DNA of 64,000 bases from an uncultured Thermoplasmata archaeon (lineage in GTDB: Archaea; Thermoplasmatota; Thermoplasmata; UBA10834). The notes beneath the pieces were generated by a model. It had not been told where the DNA came from. It saw only the letters and a list, made by a program, of their open reading frames with translations, and searched no databases. A program made the translations under genes and the position numbers. Shown here piece after piece: positions 38,766 through 48,760 of this stretch; within the stretch, counting starts at the first letter, position 1; each line of letters opens with the position of its first letter. The DNA lies in assembly GCA_963719945.1 (NCBI GenBank), contig CAVRDX010000001.1, positions 205,087 to 269,086 on the forward strand. Reading direction: 5' to 3'.

Positions 38766-41700
38766 ATGTCTGGGGATATGAGTGATAGTGCACCTGCTGT
38801 TCAGCCACCATCAGAAAAGCCGATTTCTCCACCTGTGAAGAAAGGTGACAAGAAATTCTGGCTGATGATTGTTGCTATCATTGTCGCTATCGCGTTGATA
38901 TCGACAACTGCGTACGTTCTGCTTCTGCCCAAAGATGAGAAATTGATCGAACTCACTCTTGCATCTGAAATGGATCCTTCGGGAACCATCACGATAGATG
39001 CGGGTCGACCGGTAGACCTGTCCGTTACTAGTGTCTTGGCAAACGAAGACGAAGATATCTCTTTCGATGCTGACACCTGGACGAATGTCACCTATCGATG
39101 GTCCCGTTCTCCGATAACTCTTGGGTCGTTCGACCTCCTTGCGAAGAGGACAGTCACATTCACAGCTGGAGATGCTGCCAATTCTGGAACGATCACATGC
39201 AACATCACCTTCGATGATTCTGTTCGCGAAAGCCAGATGGTAACGCTTACTGCATCGATCGTCGTCAGTCCGCCATATCTCGATTCCATTGCTGTCACGC
39301 CTTCCGTGAAGACTCTATCATCTGATGAGCCATGGCCCTTCACGGCCACTGCGATGGATTCAGTGGGCGGCACAATGACTGGCGTGACTTTCGCATGGTC
39401 TGTCACGAATTTCTCCGATGAGGAGCACGATCTCAGTGCAATGACGGGATCGACCGTGACTTTCACGGGATTCGTTGAAGGCAATGCATCTCTGAATGCT
39501 ACTGCCACTGTCGGCGGAATCTCGAAGACCGGTTCTGCACTCATTCAGATCGGTGGACCGGCTGAGAGATCTGTCGATTACTATTGGTACGACATGTTCG
39601 ATGTGCCCCTTGGCGAGTGGTGGGACTTCCGTTGGGAGGTCTACGGCACTGAGGAGCCTTTGACCGACGAGTACCCCTACCTGTTCAAGTGGTATGGGAA
39701 AGAGGATGGCAACTTCTGGACCTATACCAACATGAGGCTGGACATAACGGGTCGCAACATGCCCGAGCTCAACATGAACGAGAACCCAGAGTTCCTGCCA
39801 TACCTTGGCTCCAGCCGCGGCGGCACCGCAATCATAGACTGGTACATGCAGTATCTTACCGCTGACGAGATGAGCGCGTTCCCGGATGCCACGAGCGCAT
39901 GGCTCGACGGTTGGGTCATAGCACTCAACGGAACCACTACTCTGGACCAACAGGCCGCAATGTCTGTGCTTGGAATCACATCCGAAGAACTCGGGAATTT
40001 CGCATCCTGGTGGACGGCGAACAACGCGAGCGTCAACGCAGATTATTCGGACTGGATGAAATACGAAGCTGGAAGATACCGTCTTGACATCTACCCGATG
40101 TACGAGTATCCGTTCACACCTCTGACATTCAAGATATGGGCAGAGGAGGTCGGCAATTCGATCGTTCTGAATTACAACCTCGTCACATGGGGCATGGAAG
40201 CCCTGATGACCAGATGGATGCACGAGGCCTTCATGGAGACGGAGTGGTACTTCGAGGACATGGATTTCCATGCGGTGATCGGACCTGAGGACGCCGACCT
40301 TGATGTCAGCACTGCTGTCGAGTATGCGATGTATGCGTACGAGACAACGCTTGAAAGTGAGCCATGCTGGATGTGGGAGGCGCTTGTACAGGATTATGTG
40401 GAGTCATCGCTCGCCCATCCGGTCTCTGATTATGATCTCTACGCCGATAAGGAATATCTGATGCTCTCTCCAGGGAGCCCGTTGTACGGGGACATGATGA
40501 CGTATGACTACGCACCAGGCGCATGGAACCTCACCGAGGGCGAGACGATATCCATCGAATGGCCATCGGACGATCAGCTCTTCCTGAGGCACGGGGGAGA
40601 CTACATCGTGTACGAGGAATACGGATCCATGAGATGTGACTACTCTGAACCGATGTGGACGGACTTCTCTGATCTAATATCTGTAGATACTGCCGAGAGG
40701 GTGTTGACTTTCGAAGGCCCATTGGACGTCTGGACCTGGTCAAAGGACCAGACCGTTGACGAGAACCTCGCATCCGAATGGGATCGTCTTGGTATCCTTC
40801 CCTATGGTATGCCGACGATCGAGTTCAGAATGGCCGGACCGCCTATGGCGTCATCATTCGATGTTGAACCATCGACTCTGGATGTCGAAGGCGGAACTCC
40901 TTTGAGCGTTACGGTAACGGTGAAGGACCAGTATGGTGAGGTGTATCCAGGATACGCCGGAACGATCGGATTCGAGAGCACGGATGAGCTCGCGACTCTT
41001 CCCTCAGATTATGAGTTCGTCGTAGGTGATGCTGGAGTCCGCTTGTTCACCGATGCGGTCGTGTTCAACACCGAGGGTGTCCAGACGATAACCGCGAGGG
41101 ATTCGGTAGATTCCAGCCTATTTGGCGTCAGCGACGATATATCCGTCGCCGAGCCTCCGATGCCGACCTCCTTGCTGATAGAAGGCGTGACGAATCCGAT
41201 ATTGAAAGGTAATTCGTCGAACTTCACGGTGACAGTGCTTGACCAGTTCGGTGATCTGTATCCGGGTTATACGGGCGAGATAGAGTTCTCATCCAACGAC
41301 TCATCAGCAGTGTTCACTCCAGCGACATATACGTTCGTGCCTGGGGACAGCGGCGTCGCGCCATTCACTTACGGTGTCGTGTTCAACACAGGTGGCGTGC
41401 ACGATCTGACGGCTGTGGATACTTCTGATCCGAGCATTTCGGACTCTCTACTGGGCATAGTCGTCCTACAGCTGAAGCTGGTCGTATCATACGATCCTGT
41501 GGATGTGATCGCCAACGAGACTGCGGTTGATGTCACGGTCGAGGTATTCGATCAGTATGATGACCCATTCATCGAATACATCGGGACGGTGGAGCTTACG
41601 AGCACCGATGGTCTGATATATATGCCCGAGTTGTCGCACGAGTTTGACCTGGCTGATGAGGGTGTTTACACATTCTCTGATATAGTCATGGGAATGCCGG

Positions 41701-44306
41701 GTACTCAGACGATTACGGCTACGGATGCTAATGACGCCACTATCACAGGCTCGGTCGATGTGGATGTATCAGAAGAGGCTGTGGCATCGTCGTTCCGACT
41801 GACCGATCTGCCGCCGACCTGCAGGGTAGGCACCCCATACGACCTGACAGTGACCGTGCTGGATCAATATGACCGCGTTTATCCGGACTATCTCGGCACC
41901 GTGGATTTCGATACCAACAGGTCTGGCGAAGTGACTCTTCCGTCTAGCTACGAGTTCCTTGTCGCAGATGCGGGAGTGCACCAGTTCGTGGACGGGGTCA
42001 CCTTCACGGCCGTGAATACGTTCTCGATATACTGTACGGATTCGATTGACTCATCAATCACCGGCAGTGTCGATGACATATACGCCACGGATGTCGATAT
42101 CGTGATATCGAAATTCACGGTCGAAGGGATAACGGACATGTGGAACGGTAACACCTCCGATGTGACGGTGACTGCATACGATCAGTTCGATAATGTGTTC
42201 ACGATCTATGAAGGGACGATCCATTTCATGGTCGACCCTGATGTGGGCACCATCTCGTTGCCTGCGGACTACAAGTTCCTGCTGGCCGATGAAGGCATAC
42301 ATACCTTCCCGGCTGCAGTGTCGTTCTCAGACCCGGATACGTACAATGTAAGCGTGCAGGATACCGTAGTCACGAGTGCGAATGGTTGGCAGGACGATAT
42401 CGTCATATCGCAAGGTCCTTATGCTGCGAGGTTGGAGATATCAGGCGCTCCGTCCTCGGTTCCATCGGGCACATCGTTCACCGTGACGGTCACGGTCTAT
42501 GATCAATGGGACAATGTGTTCGAGGATTATGACGGAACGGTCGTGTTCTCGAGCGATGATACCGCAGCGACTCTACCTGATCCGTACCCATTCGAGCTGG
42601 TGGATGCTGGAGAACACGAGTTCACAGACGAACTCATCCTCGTCACCGAGGGCGATCAGACAATCACGGTTGAGGACTCGGTGGATGCGGCATTGACTGA
42701 TACCGTCGCCGTGACTGTCACAGAAGCCGTCGTGAGATCGATGGCGTTCACGGTGTACGACATGCTCGCCGAGCCTTGGGGCGAATGGTGGGACGCACCC
42801 ACCTGGGGTAGAGAGACCATGTATCAGGACAGCTTCGTCATAAACAGAGGCGAATACAACACGATGCTGTACCTACCTGGCTACGATGCCAAGATAGACA
42901 AGGTCGTTCGCACGCAGGGGATCATAATGGCTCCATATAGGATGTCGATGGAAGGACAGAACCTGCCAGAACTCGATGCCTCGAACCCGGTATTCATGCC
43001 GACCCTGGGATCAGGATCCAGCACGGGAGCTGCCGTTCAGCTCGATCTGTACTTCCAGTATCTGAGCACTGATTGGTGGGCGGATTACTGGGTCACCGAA
43101 TGGGGCGACAACGCTAATTGGCCTGGAGACAGCGCTTTCCCAATGACATCCAGCGATGGATACGATGTGGGCACGAACATGACAGTGACGATGAACAGGG
43201 AGGCTGCTCTGCTTTGGATGGGCATCCCGAACGATTCGACCAACCCGCTGACCTGGTGGACTGCAAACAAGGCGACATACAAGACTGCATGGGAGACCTG
43301 GCTGAGCAATCAGGGCAACGTTGTATACGACATATACTGCGGATTCGAATGGACTATGGATTTCCGATTCGCTCCCTCGAATCCGTCGATGATGGATCTC
43401 TCCGTAGATGGTGACGGCAACGTCGTCCTCAAGATCGGGGTTATCACATGGGGGTATGAAGTCCTGATGTGCAGGTGGCTCGATGCAGCTGGTCTGATGA
43501 CTCACCAACCATGGTATGAGGACTTCTCGATGAGCGTGACGTATGGCGAGACCATGTCGAACCTGGTTTCGGATGCTGTCTGTCAATATAGCATGCATGC
43601 CGTGAAGGCAAACGGGACGACGGAGGATCCCGCCTGGGTATGGGAATCGGTCAGGATCGATTATATTGGGAGCTTCGGGGCTCATTTGATTTCTGACTAT
43701 GACGACTACGTTGCGCTTTATTACCAGACCTGGAATGCTGGAGACAGCCGGTTCGGATACGACGCGATGTACGACACCGCCCCTGGCATATTCGACCTGA
43801 ACGATGGCGAGCAGCTGATATTCCAGCTGTCCACAGAGTCGGATGTGATAGGCTATCTCGGGAAACATACGCCCAACTACGACGATGACTACCTTGACGT
43901 GATGTATTCCGATGACCCGAGCGGCTTCGAGGCCATACAGCAGGACGGCTCCATGGAACTCGGCTACTACATCACGAACCCTGCCGATCCGCTGGACTTG
44001 ATGTCCATGTACAACCCGACGACGAAGACGTTGACCATCGATGGTGACAGCAGCTACGACTTCGACAATGTGCACTGGGGAACTGGTGCGCTGTACCACG
44101 GAGCACCGTGGATCGAGTTCAACATCGTGACTCCCAAGGCCGCGGTCGCCTCTGTGCCCATGACCGAGGTAGTCGAGTCAGAACCTGTCGCCGTCAGCGG
44201 GTCTTCGGGAGCCGCCGAGCTGTTGAGCCTTTGTGCCGTCGTCTCAGCTTCGATGATCGCGATTGCTGCGCTGGGATGCAACGTACGCAGGATCGAGAAT
44301 GCCTGA
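38766..44306 (+). CDS. Giant (1846 aa) membrane-anchored surface protein with an internally duplicated architecture
   Basis: The N-terminal TM/signal anchor is FWLMIVAIIVAIALISTTAYVLLL. Next comes a ~450-aa W/Y-rich module A. Six tandem ~104-aa Ig-like repeats follow (consensus ..TVTVxDQYGxVYPGYxGTIxFxSxD..ATLPxDYEFxxxDAGVHxFTDxVxFxTxGxQTITAxDSVD..). A second module A' is homologous to A. The C-terminus is a hydrophobic helix. There are no catalytic motifs. Confidence 0.7.
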   Translation: MSGDMSDSAPAVQPPSEKPISPPVKKGDKKFWLMIVAIIVAIALISTTAYVLLLPKDEKLIELTLASEMDPSGTITIDAGRPVDLSVTSVLANEDEDISFDADTWTNVTYRWSRSPITLGSFDLLAKRTVTFTAGDAANSGTITCNITFDDSVRESQMVTLTASIVVSPPYLDSIAVTPSVKTLSSDEPWPFTATAMDSVGGTMTGVTFAWSVTNFSDEEHDLSAMTGSTVTFTGFVEGNASLNATATVGGISKTGSALIQIGGPAERSVDYYWYDMFDVPLGEWWDFRWEVYGTEEPLTDEYPYLFKWYGKEDGNFWTYTNMRLDITGRNMPELNMNENPEFLPYLGSSRGGTAIIDWYMQYLTADEMSAFPDATSAWLDGWVIALNGTTTLDQQAAMSVLGITSEELGNFASWWTANNASVNADYSDWMKYEAGRYRLDIYPMYEYPFTPLTFKIWAEEVGNSIVLNYNLVTWGMEALMTRWMHEAFMETEWYFEDMDFHAVIGPEDADLDVSTAVEYAMYAYETTLESEPCWMWEALVQDYVESSLAHPVSDYDLYADKEYLMLSPGSPLYGDMMTYDYAPGAWNLTEGETISIEWPSDDQLFLRHGGDYIVYEEYGSMRCDYSEPMWTDFSDLISVDTAERVLTFEGPLDVWTWSKDQTVDENLASEWDRLGILPYGMPTIEFRMAGPPMASSFDVEPSTLDVEGGTPLSVTVTVKDQYGEVYPGYAGTIGFESTDELATLPSDYEFVVGDAGVRLFTDAVVFNTEGVQTITARDSVDSSLFGVSDDISVAEPPMPTSLLIEGVTNPILKGNSSNFTVTVLDQFGDLYPGYTGEIEFSSNDSSAVFTPATYTFVPGDSGVAPFTYGVVFNTGGVHDLTAVDTSDPSISDSLLGIVVLQLKLVVSYDPVDVIANETAVDVTVEVFDQYDDPFIEYIGTVELTSTDGLIYMPELSHEFDLADEGVYTFSDIVMGMPGTQTITATDANDATITGSVDVDVSEEAVASSFRLTDLPPTCRVGTPYDLTVTVLDQYDRVYPDYLGTVDFDTNRSGEVTLPSSYEFLVADAGVHQFVDGVTFTAVNTFSIYCTDSIDSSITGSVDDIYATDVDIVISKFTVEGITDMWNGNTSDVTVTAYDQFDNVFTIYEGTIHFMVDPDVGTISLPADYKFLLADEGIHTFPAAVSFSDPDTYNVSVQDTVVTSANGWQDDIVISQGPYAARLEISGAPSSVPSGTSFTVTVTVYDQWDNVFEDYDGTVVFSSDDTAATLPDPYPFELVDAGEHEFTDELILVTEGDQTITVEDSVDAALTDTVAVTVTEAVVRSMAFTVYDMLAEPWGEWWDAPTWGRETMYQDSFVINRGEYNTMLYLPGYDAKIDKVVRTQGIIMAPYRMSMEGQNLPELDASNPVFMPTLGSGSSTGAAVQLDLYFQYLSTDWWADYWVTEWGDNANWPGDSAFPMTSSDGYDVGTNMTVTMNREAALLWMGIPNDSTNPLTWWTANKATYKTAWETWLSNQGNVVYDIYCGFEWTMDFRFAPSNPSMMDLSVDGDGNVVLKIGVITWGYEVLMCRWLDAAGLMTHQPWYEDFSMSVTYGETMSNLVSDAVCQYSMHAVKANGTTEDPAWVWESVRIDYIGSFGAHLISDYDDYVALYYQTWNAGDSRFGYDAMYDTAPGIFDLNDGEQLIFQLSTESDVIGYLGKHTPNYDDDYLDVMYSDDPSGFEAIQQDGSMELGYYITNPADPLDLMSMYNPTTKTLTIDGDSSYDFDNVHWGTGALYHGAPWIEFNIVTPKAAVASVPMTEVVESEPVAVSGSSGAAELLSLCAVVSASMIAIAALGCNVRRIENA
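40858..42730 (+). repeat. Six tandem ~312-bp repeats encoding Ig-like beta-sandwich domains within the giant surface protein
   Basis: Six consecutive protein-level repeats share the VTVxDQ(Y/F)G..Y.G(T/E)(I/V).F core and the (Q/T)TITA.D tail. Nucleotide identity between copies is moderate, so these are diverged domains. Confidence 0.6.
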
Positions 44307-44368
44307 TGGAAATCGGCGTCTGTAAACCCCAGAAACCTCTTTCATTTCTCATTATTTCGTTTGATCTA

Positions 44369-46549
44369 TCACGATGAGGGCTGGTGCCTCTCGACAGGGA
44401 ACAAGATGCAGAATTTCGCTCCCAGTTCCGGCTTCCCTGGGACCCTGTCCTCCACCCAGATCCTACCCATGAATTTGTCAGTGAGTGCCCTGCAGATGGA
44501 TAATCCCAATCCAGTGCCAGCCACCTTGGATTCGGTCTTCAAACGGACATACCTCTGGAATAGCAGATGTTTCTTGTCATCAGGCACCCCATATCCGTTG
44601 TCGATTATGCTGATCCTCCAGCAGGGGGTATCATCTTCCAGGATCCTGGTCATATCCACGTCTATTTCGACATCTTCGTGCGGATCGTATTTGGCCGCGT
44701 TGTTGAGGAGGTTGACGAACAGTTCCTCAATCAACAGATTTGCCCTCACATATCCGTGGTCGGGGATGTTCAACCGCACGCTGACAGTCTTGTCCGGCGA
44801 GGAACTTGAGATGCTTGATGCAACCTTCCTAAGGATGTCCGTTATATCGATAGGAGCGAAATCGTTTGGATCCATTATCCCGATCTTGGTGAGCTTCTTG
44901 ACGTTGTCGATGAGCTTGGCGTTCTTCCTTATCAACTGAAGGGACTTGTCGAGGTATATGTGCAGCTCCTTCGGTAGGTTCTGGCTCTTGGCTGCTGTCT
45001 CGATGTAGTTCATGGTCGCGAAATTGTAGTTGTTGATGTCATGGAACATCAGGTCGTTGAGCAATTCGATCTCCTTATTCGCCTCTTGGAGCTTGGCTAC
45101 CAGTTGGGCATTGGACAGTGCCACGGAAGCCTGCTGAGCGAATAAGAGACCCGCCTCGAGGTCGCTCTGTGTGAATAATTCATCTCTATTGCGGTACAGT
45201 TCAAGAACCCCGATCACACCGCTGGATCCAACCAGTGGGATAGCCATCATCGCGTCGTGTTCGAGTGGCATCCCGGGTATGGCTGCGGTCCTTGGGTCGG
45301 AATCGACATCATCCACGAACTCCGCCCTCCCGGATTTCGCTACATGTCCTACCATACCTTCATCGAGTCCGCCAGGTGATGCCAGTATCTCTTCCTCATA
45401 TCCGCCGACTGCATAGACGGGGAGGACTAGTCTCCTCTGCCAATCGATTATGTAGAATGAGAGATCCTTGTATGGCACGATTTCCTTGATGAATGACGCG
45501 ATCGCCGCATAGATCTGCTCAGTTCCGATCGCCTTCTGCAATTCCACGCCCGATCTGATGAGGGTTTCCTGGAGTCGCATCTGCTTCTCTATCGAGTTGA
45601 ACAGGATCGTGCTATCGATCATGCCACCCAGAAGGTCTGCGACCATCTGCAGCGCCTCGGCTCTCTCCCAATCGTACTCCCCTTGCCTTGCATGCATCAT
45701 GCACAAGGTGCCCAATATCTTGCCTCGTGAGGTCAAGGGCACCGCCATCATCGAACTGACTTTGTTGGTCTCCATTATGCTGAACTCTGAGAACAGCTTT
45801 CTCCCGACGTCCTTCTCGACTATGATCGCATTGCCGCCGAACTTGAGCTTCTCAACCAGACTGCCTTCATATGGGACCTTGCCGAGAGACTTCGCCTTCT
45901 TTGGATTGTCGGGATCCGGCACTATGACCTCCACATGCCTGTCCTTGTCCTCCATGACTCCAAGGGCGACCCTGTCGAAATCTACGAGCTTCCTGAATTC
46001 ATCTGCGATGCTGCCCAGGACCGCTTTCACGTCGTTGTTGGTCCCTGCCAGCTTTGCGATCCTGTTGAGTATGTCTGATCTGAACGCCTTGTCTCGAAGG
46101 TCGCGTTCGACTCCCTTTCGTGTGTTTATGTCCCTCGCTACCCCTGCGATTCCTATTTGGACACCTTTATCATCATGGATCATCGAGGCGGTGAGGGAGA
46201 TTATCATTACCATTCCGTCCGCTCTACGGAATTTGATCTCATAATCCTGTATGGGGCTTCCCTGTTCTAGCAATGATACTAGAGCCTTCCATTCGAGCTC
46301 TCTGTCTATGATCTCTCTGCCGAGGTTGAGAGACTTTATCTTACTCTTCGGGAAACCTGTAAGAGTCGCGAATGCGGGGTTGGAGTAGAGAATCTCCCCA
46401 GACTTGCTACTGACGAAAATACCGTCAAGAACACTCTCAGTGAGGATATTCTTATCAACCTCTTGGCCGGTCTGCATCTGCGCCCCCGAAGGAAGCCTCC
46501 ACTCTTGGTTGGAGTGCATCCTTGCTAACCTACAGGAGTTCAGCCTCAT
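44369..46549 (-). CDS. Multi-sensor signal transduction histidine kinase (PAS-GAF-GAF-HisKA-HATPase_c)
   Basis: 726 aa. It has an N-terminal PAS domain, two GAF-like domains, an H-box (MFHDINNYNFATM) and G1/G2 boxes (IDNGYGVPDDKK, GTGLGLSICRAL). No response regulator gene is nearby. Confidence 0.85.
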   Translation of the reverse strand: MRLNSCRLARMHSNQEWRLPSGAQMQTGQEVDKNILTESVLDGIFVSSKSGEILYSNPAFATLTGFPKSKIKSLNLGREIIDRELEWKALVSLLEQGSPIQDYEIKFRRADGMVMIISLTASMIHDDKGVQIGIAGVARDINTRKGVERDLRDKAFRSDILNRIAKLAGTNNDVKAVLGSIADEFRKLVDFDRVALGVMEDKDRHVEVIVPDPDNPKKAKSLGKVPYEGSLVEKLKFGGNAIIVEKDVGRKLFSEFSIMETNKVSSMMAVPLTSRGKILGTLCMMHARQGEYDWERAEALQMVADLLGGMIDSTILFNSIEKQMRLQETLIRSGVELQKAIGTEQIYAAIASFIKEIVPYKDLSFYIIDWQRRLVLPVYAVGGYEEEILASPGGLDEGMVGHVAKSGRAEFVDDVDSDPRTAAIPGMPLEHDAMMAIPLVGSSGVIGVLELYRNRDELFTQSDLEAGLLFAQQASVALSNAQLVAKLQEANKEIELLNDLMFHDINNYNFATMNYIETAAKSQNLPKELHIYLDKSLQLIRKNAKLIDNVKKLTKIGIMDPNDFAPIDITDILRKVASSISSSSPDKTVSVRLNIPDHGYVRANLLIEELFVNLLNNAAKYDPHEDVEIDVDMTRILEDDTPCWRISIIDNGYGVPDDKKHLLFQRYVRLKTESKVAGTGLGLSICRALTDKFMGRIWVEDRVPGKPELGAKFCILFPVERHQPSS

Positions 46550-46906
46550 AAAAAAGTTGTGCGCTGATTAACGGCCATGATATTGACTTAGAGTTTCTGA
46601 ATCGTTTCATGAAAATGGCTGGGTCTGCGATACTGACGTCACCAATGCCAAATGATATCTGGCCAATAGCCTATTCCCCTACGGTATTCATTATGAGCGC
46701 GAAGATGCACAAGATCTTCATGACTCGGTGCGATCTGAGGGAATCACGCATGGTCAGTGCGCCTGACTGCAACAGATGTTCTCGCGGTAGCGTCGTCGAT
46801 AATGGGTCTAGGGTGCTTTGCGCAGGAATAACGAAATTCTTCACGGTCCCTTGCTACTTCGAAATGAAGTCGTCCTCTTCGGTCATCGAATGTCTGCGTT
46901 GTCCGC

Positions 46907-47635
46907 ATGGCGAGGTATCTCAGGACCGTCTGCGAGTGTTCTGCGACAGCGTTTGAATTCTATGGGCTCGGACACCCTCATCTTTTACTCACTGGCGAAA
47001 CCGAATCAACAGTATTATATAAGCTGTCAAGGCATACTTACGATGGATGGGATGCTCGTATGGTGTCCATACTTAGCTCAGGCACCAGTTTATCGAACGA
47101 TATACGAACCGGCAACGTCTACCTCGTGGAGGAGCGCCGGCCGAAGCTGAGCTATGAGCTTTTCGAGCATGCCCTGTCGTCGGGCTGCAACGGTATGATA
47201 ATGACCCGCGAATTCCCCAAGAAGCTGCTAACTGAGAAGGAATTGGATAGCTGCAAACTCATCTGGCTCACCAACCTTGTCGGGGATGGACGAGTGAACC
47301 CGACCGCGATAGGCATCCTGATGAGTCAGGTTCGATCTTTTATCGAAGGTCAGCCGAAATCCGTGGTAATGATCGATGGTCTGGAGTACATGATCTCACT
47401 CAACACCTATGACCGCATGCTCCAGTTCATGCATCAGCTCAGAGATCTTGTCGTCACGAACGAGAGCATCCTAGTCGTACCTATGGATCCAAGGACGGTG
47501 ACGGAGAGGGAACTCGCACTGCTTGAACGGAATCTAGAGGTGCTCGTGCCCAGGGTCGATGCAGAGCTCACGGAGGAGCCTATGATCAACGCAAGTACGG
47601 GCGAGATCAGGCTCCTCGATGTCGGTAACAGATAG
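46907..47635 (+). CDS. Soluble DUF835-like domain protein
   Basis: 242-aa ORF. Its C-terminal ~170 aa is paralogous to the C-terminal domains of the ORFs at 18600-19946 and 49913-51184 (TREFPKKL..., LIWLTN, IDGLEYMISLN). The true start may be the internal MVSILSSG. Confidence 0.5.
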   Translation: MARYLRTVCECSATAFEFYGLGHPHLLLTGETESTVLYKLSRHTYDGWDARMVSILSSGTSLSNDIRTGNVYLVEERRPKLSYELFEHALSSGCNGMIMTREFPKKLLTEKELDSCKLIWLTNLVGDGRVNPTAIGILMSQVRSFIEGQPKSVVMIDGLEYMISLNTYDRMLQFMHQLRDLVVTNESILVVPMDPRTVTERELALLERNLEVLVPRVDAELTEEPMINASTGEIRLLDVGNR

Positions 47636-47674
47636 GCGACTTTTTAATTACAAATCCTTTCGAGGAATGATTTA

Positions 47675-48466
47675 TCAGCCTTTTTTTGGTTGAATTATGA
47701 AAAATCCTTCGAACCAATGGATCAGGTGTCCGACATCCTGGAAGACTGCTATGCTTCCGGCCTCCCTTAATATGTCCTCCGGCACATCGCCGGTCATAAC
47801 AGAGATGAATGGAACGCCCGCGTTCTTGGCACATTGGGCATCTATGACATGATCTCCGACGAATACAGTCTCGTCCTTCTCGATGCCAAGGGCATGAACC
47901 AGTCTTAGGTATGCATCTGGGCTCGGCTTCGGCCTCGTGTCAGAGTTTCTGCATTCCAATCCATCGACCATTTCGATGAGACCAGTTCTCTCAAGGACAT
48001 GTTCTGCATATTGTCTGCATCCTCTCGTCAGGATGCCTATCCTGACACCATTCGTTTTGAGCATCTTGAGCAGTTCGACCGCTCCTTTGATGGCAATCGT
48101 CTGATCCGCCCTCTCCATCTCCACCTGGTCCATTATGGCATCCAGTTCCGCAAGTCTGCTCCTGATTGCATTTTCGGGGACACTCGATGCTCTTTGATTC
48201 TCTTCGAACTGGCCCAGGATTGTTACGATGAGGTCGGAGGGGTCGTAATTGTCTCGATCCTCCCCGTATTCCGTTATCCTATCTATCACTAGTTTTCTGA
48301 ACTTGCCGAAATCGACTTCTGACTGCACGAGAGTATCGTCGAGGTCGAATATCACCGCTCTCAACGGTCTGGTGTCCTTCATGATGGGTTGACGGAATTC
48401 TCCTTGATTCATGGGGGTCCCCCAATCGGTCGTCGGAGATAAAACTCTATGGCCAGATGCTTCCAA
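47675..48466 (-). CDS. HAD-superfamily hydrolase
   Basis: 263 aa. HAD motif I is VIFDLDDTLV, and the motif III/IV region is VGDHVIDAQCAKNAGV. Confidence 0.75.
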   Translation of the reverse strand: MEASGHRVLSPTTDWGTPMNQGEFRQPIMKDTRPLRAVIFDLDDTLVQSEVDFGKFRKLVIDRITEYGEDRDNYDPSDLIVTILGQFEENQRASSVPENAIRSRLAELDAIMDQVEMERADQTIAIKGAVELLKMLKTNGVRIGILTRGCRQYAEHVLERTGLIEMVDGLECRNSDTRPKPSPDAYLRLVHALGIEKDETVFVGDHVIDAQCAKNAGVPFISVMTGDVPEDILREAGSIAVFQDVGHLIHWFEGFFIIQPKKG

Positions 48467-48760
48467 CCGATGTTATCACACATGATTCCTGGGGGAAAGG
48501 GTATATGAAAGGACATAGCCGATAAGGATTCAAGAGATTGGAAGCGGATTGAATCACGGTTTTCATATCGACCCGGATTCTGCCACTCTCCTCCCCCCAC
48601 CATTCCCCCCAAGAAACGGGTCCCGGTCCGCTTTCAATCTCCGTTCCCCCCCTTTCTGTAATGATGACTGGCATGTTCCTCAATATGCGAATTCCATGTA
48701 TGGTGGCCAGCTCGATACATTGATTGAGGGGTCCCAGCGAAGTCCTAAAATAGGTTCACC

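Noticed and set aside
38801-44281. Multiple 100-360-aa minus-strand ORFs inside the giant surface-protein gene (e.g. 39360-40271, 43011-44099)
   Set aside because: They are antisense shadows of a long, repeat-rich coding region. Their translations are Arg/His/Val-rich nonsense with no motifs.
38766-44306. PGF-CTERM / archaeosortase signal at the C-terminus of the giant surface protein
   Set aside because: The C-terminal hydrophobic helix is not preceded by a PGF tripeptide. The sorting mechanism remains unassigned.
46609-46956. 115-aa ORF between the histidine kinase and the soluble DUF835 gene
   Set aside because: It is Cys/Ser-rich with no motif, and it overlaps the likely 5' end of the DUF835 ORF. 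It is probably non-coding leader.
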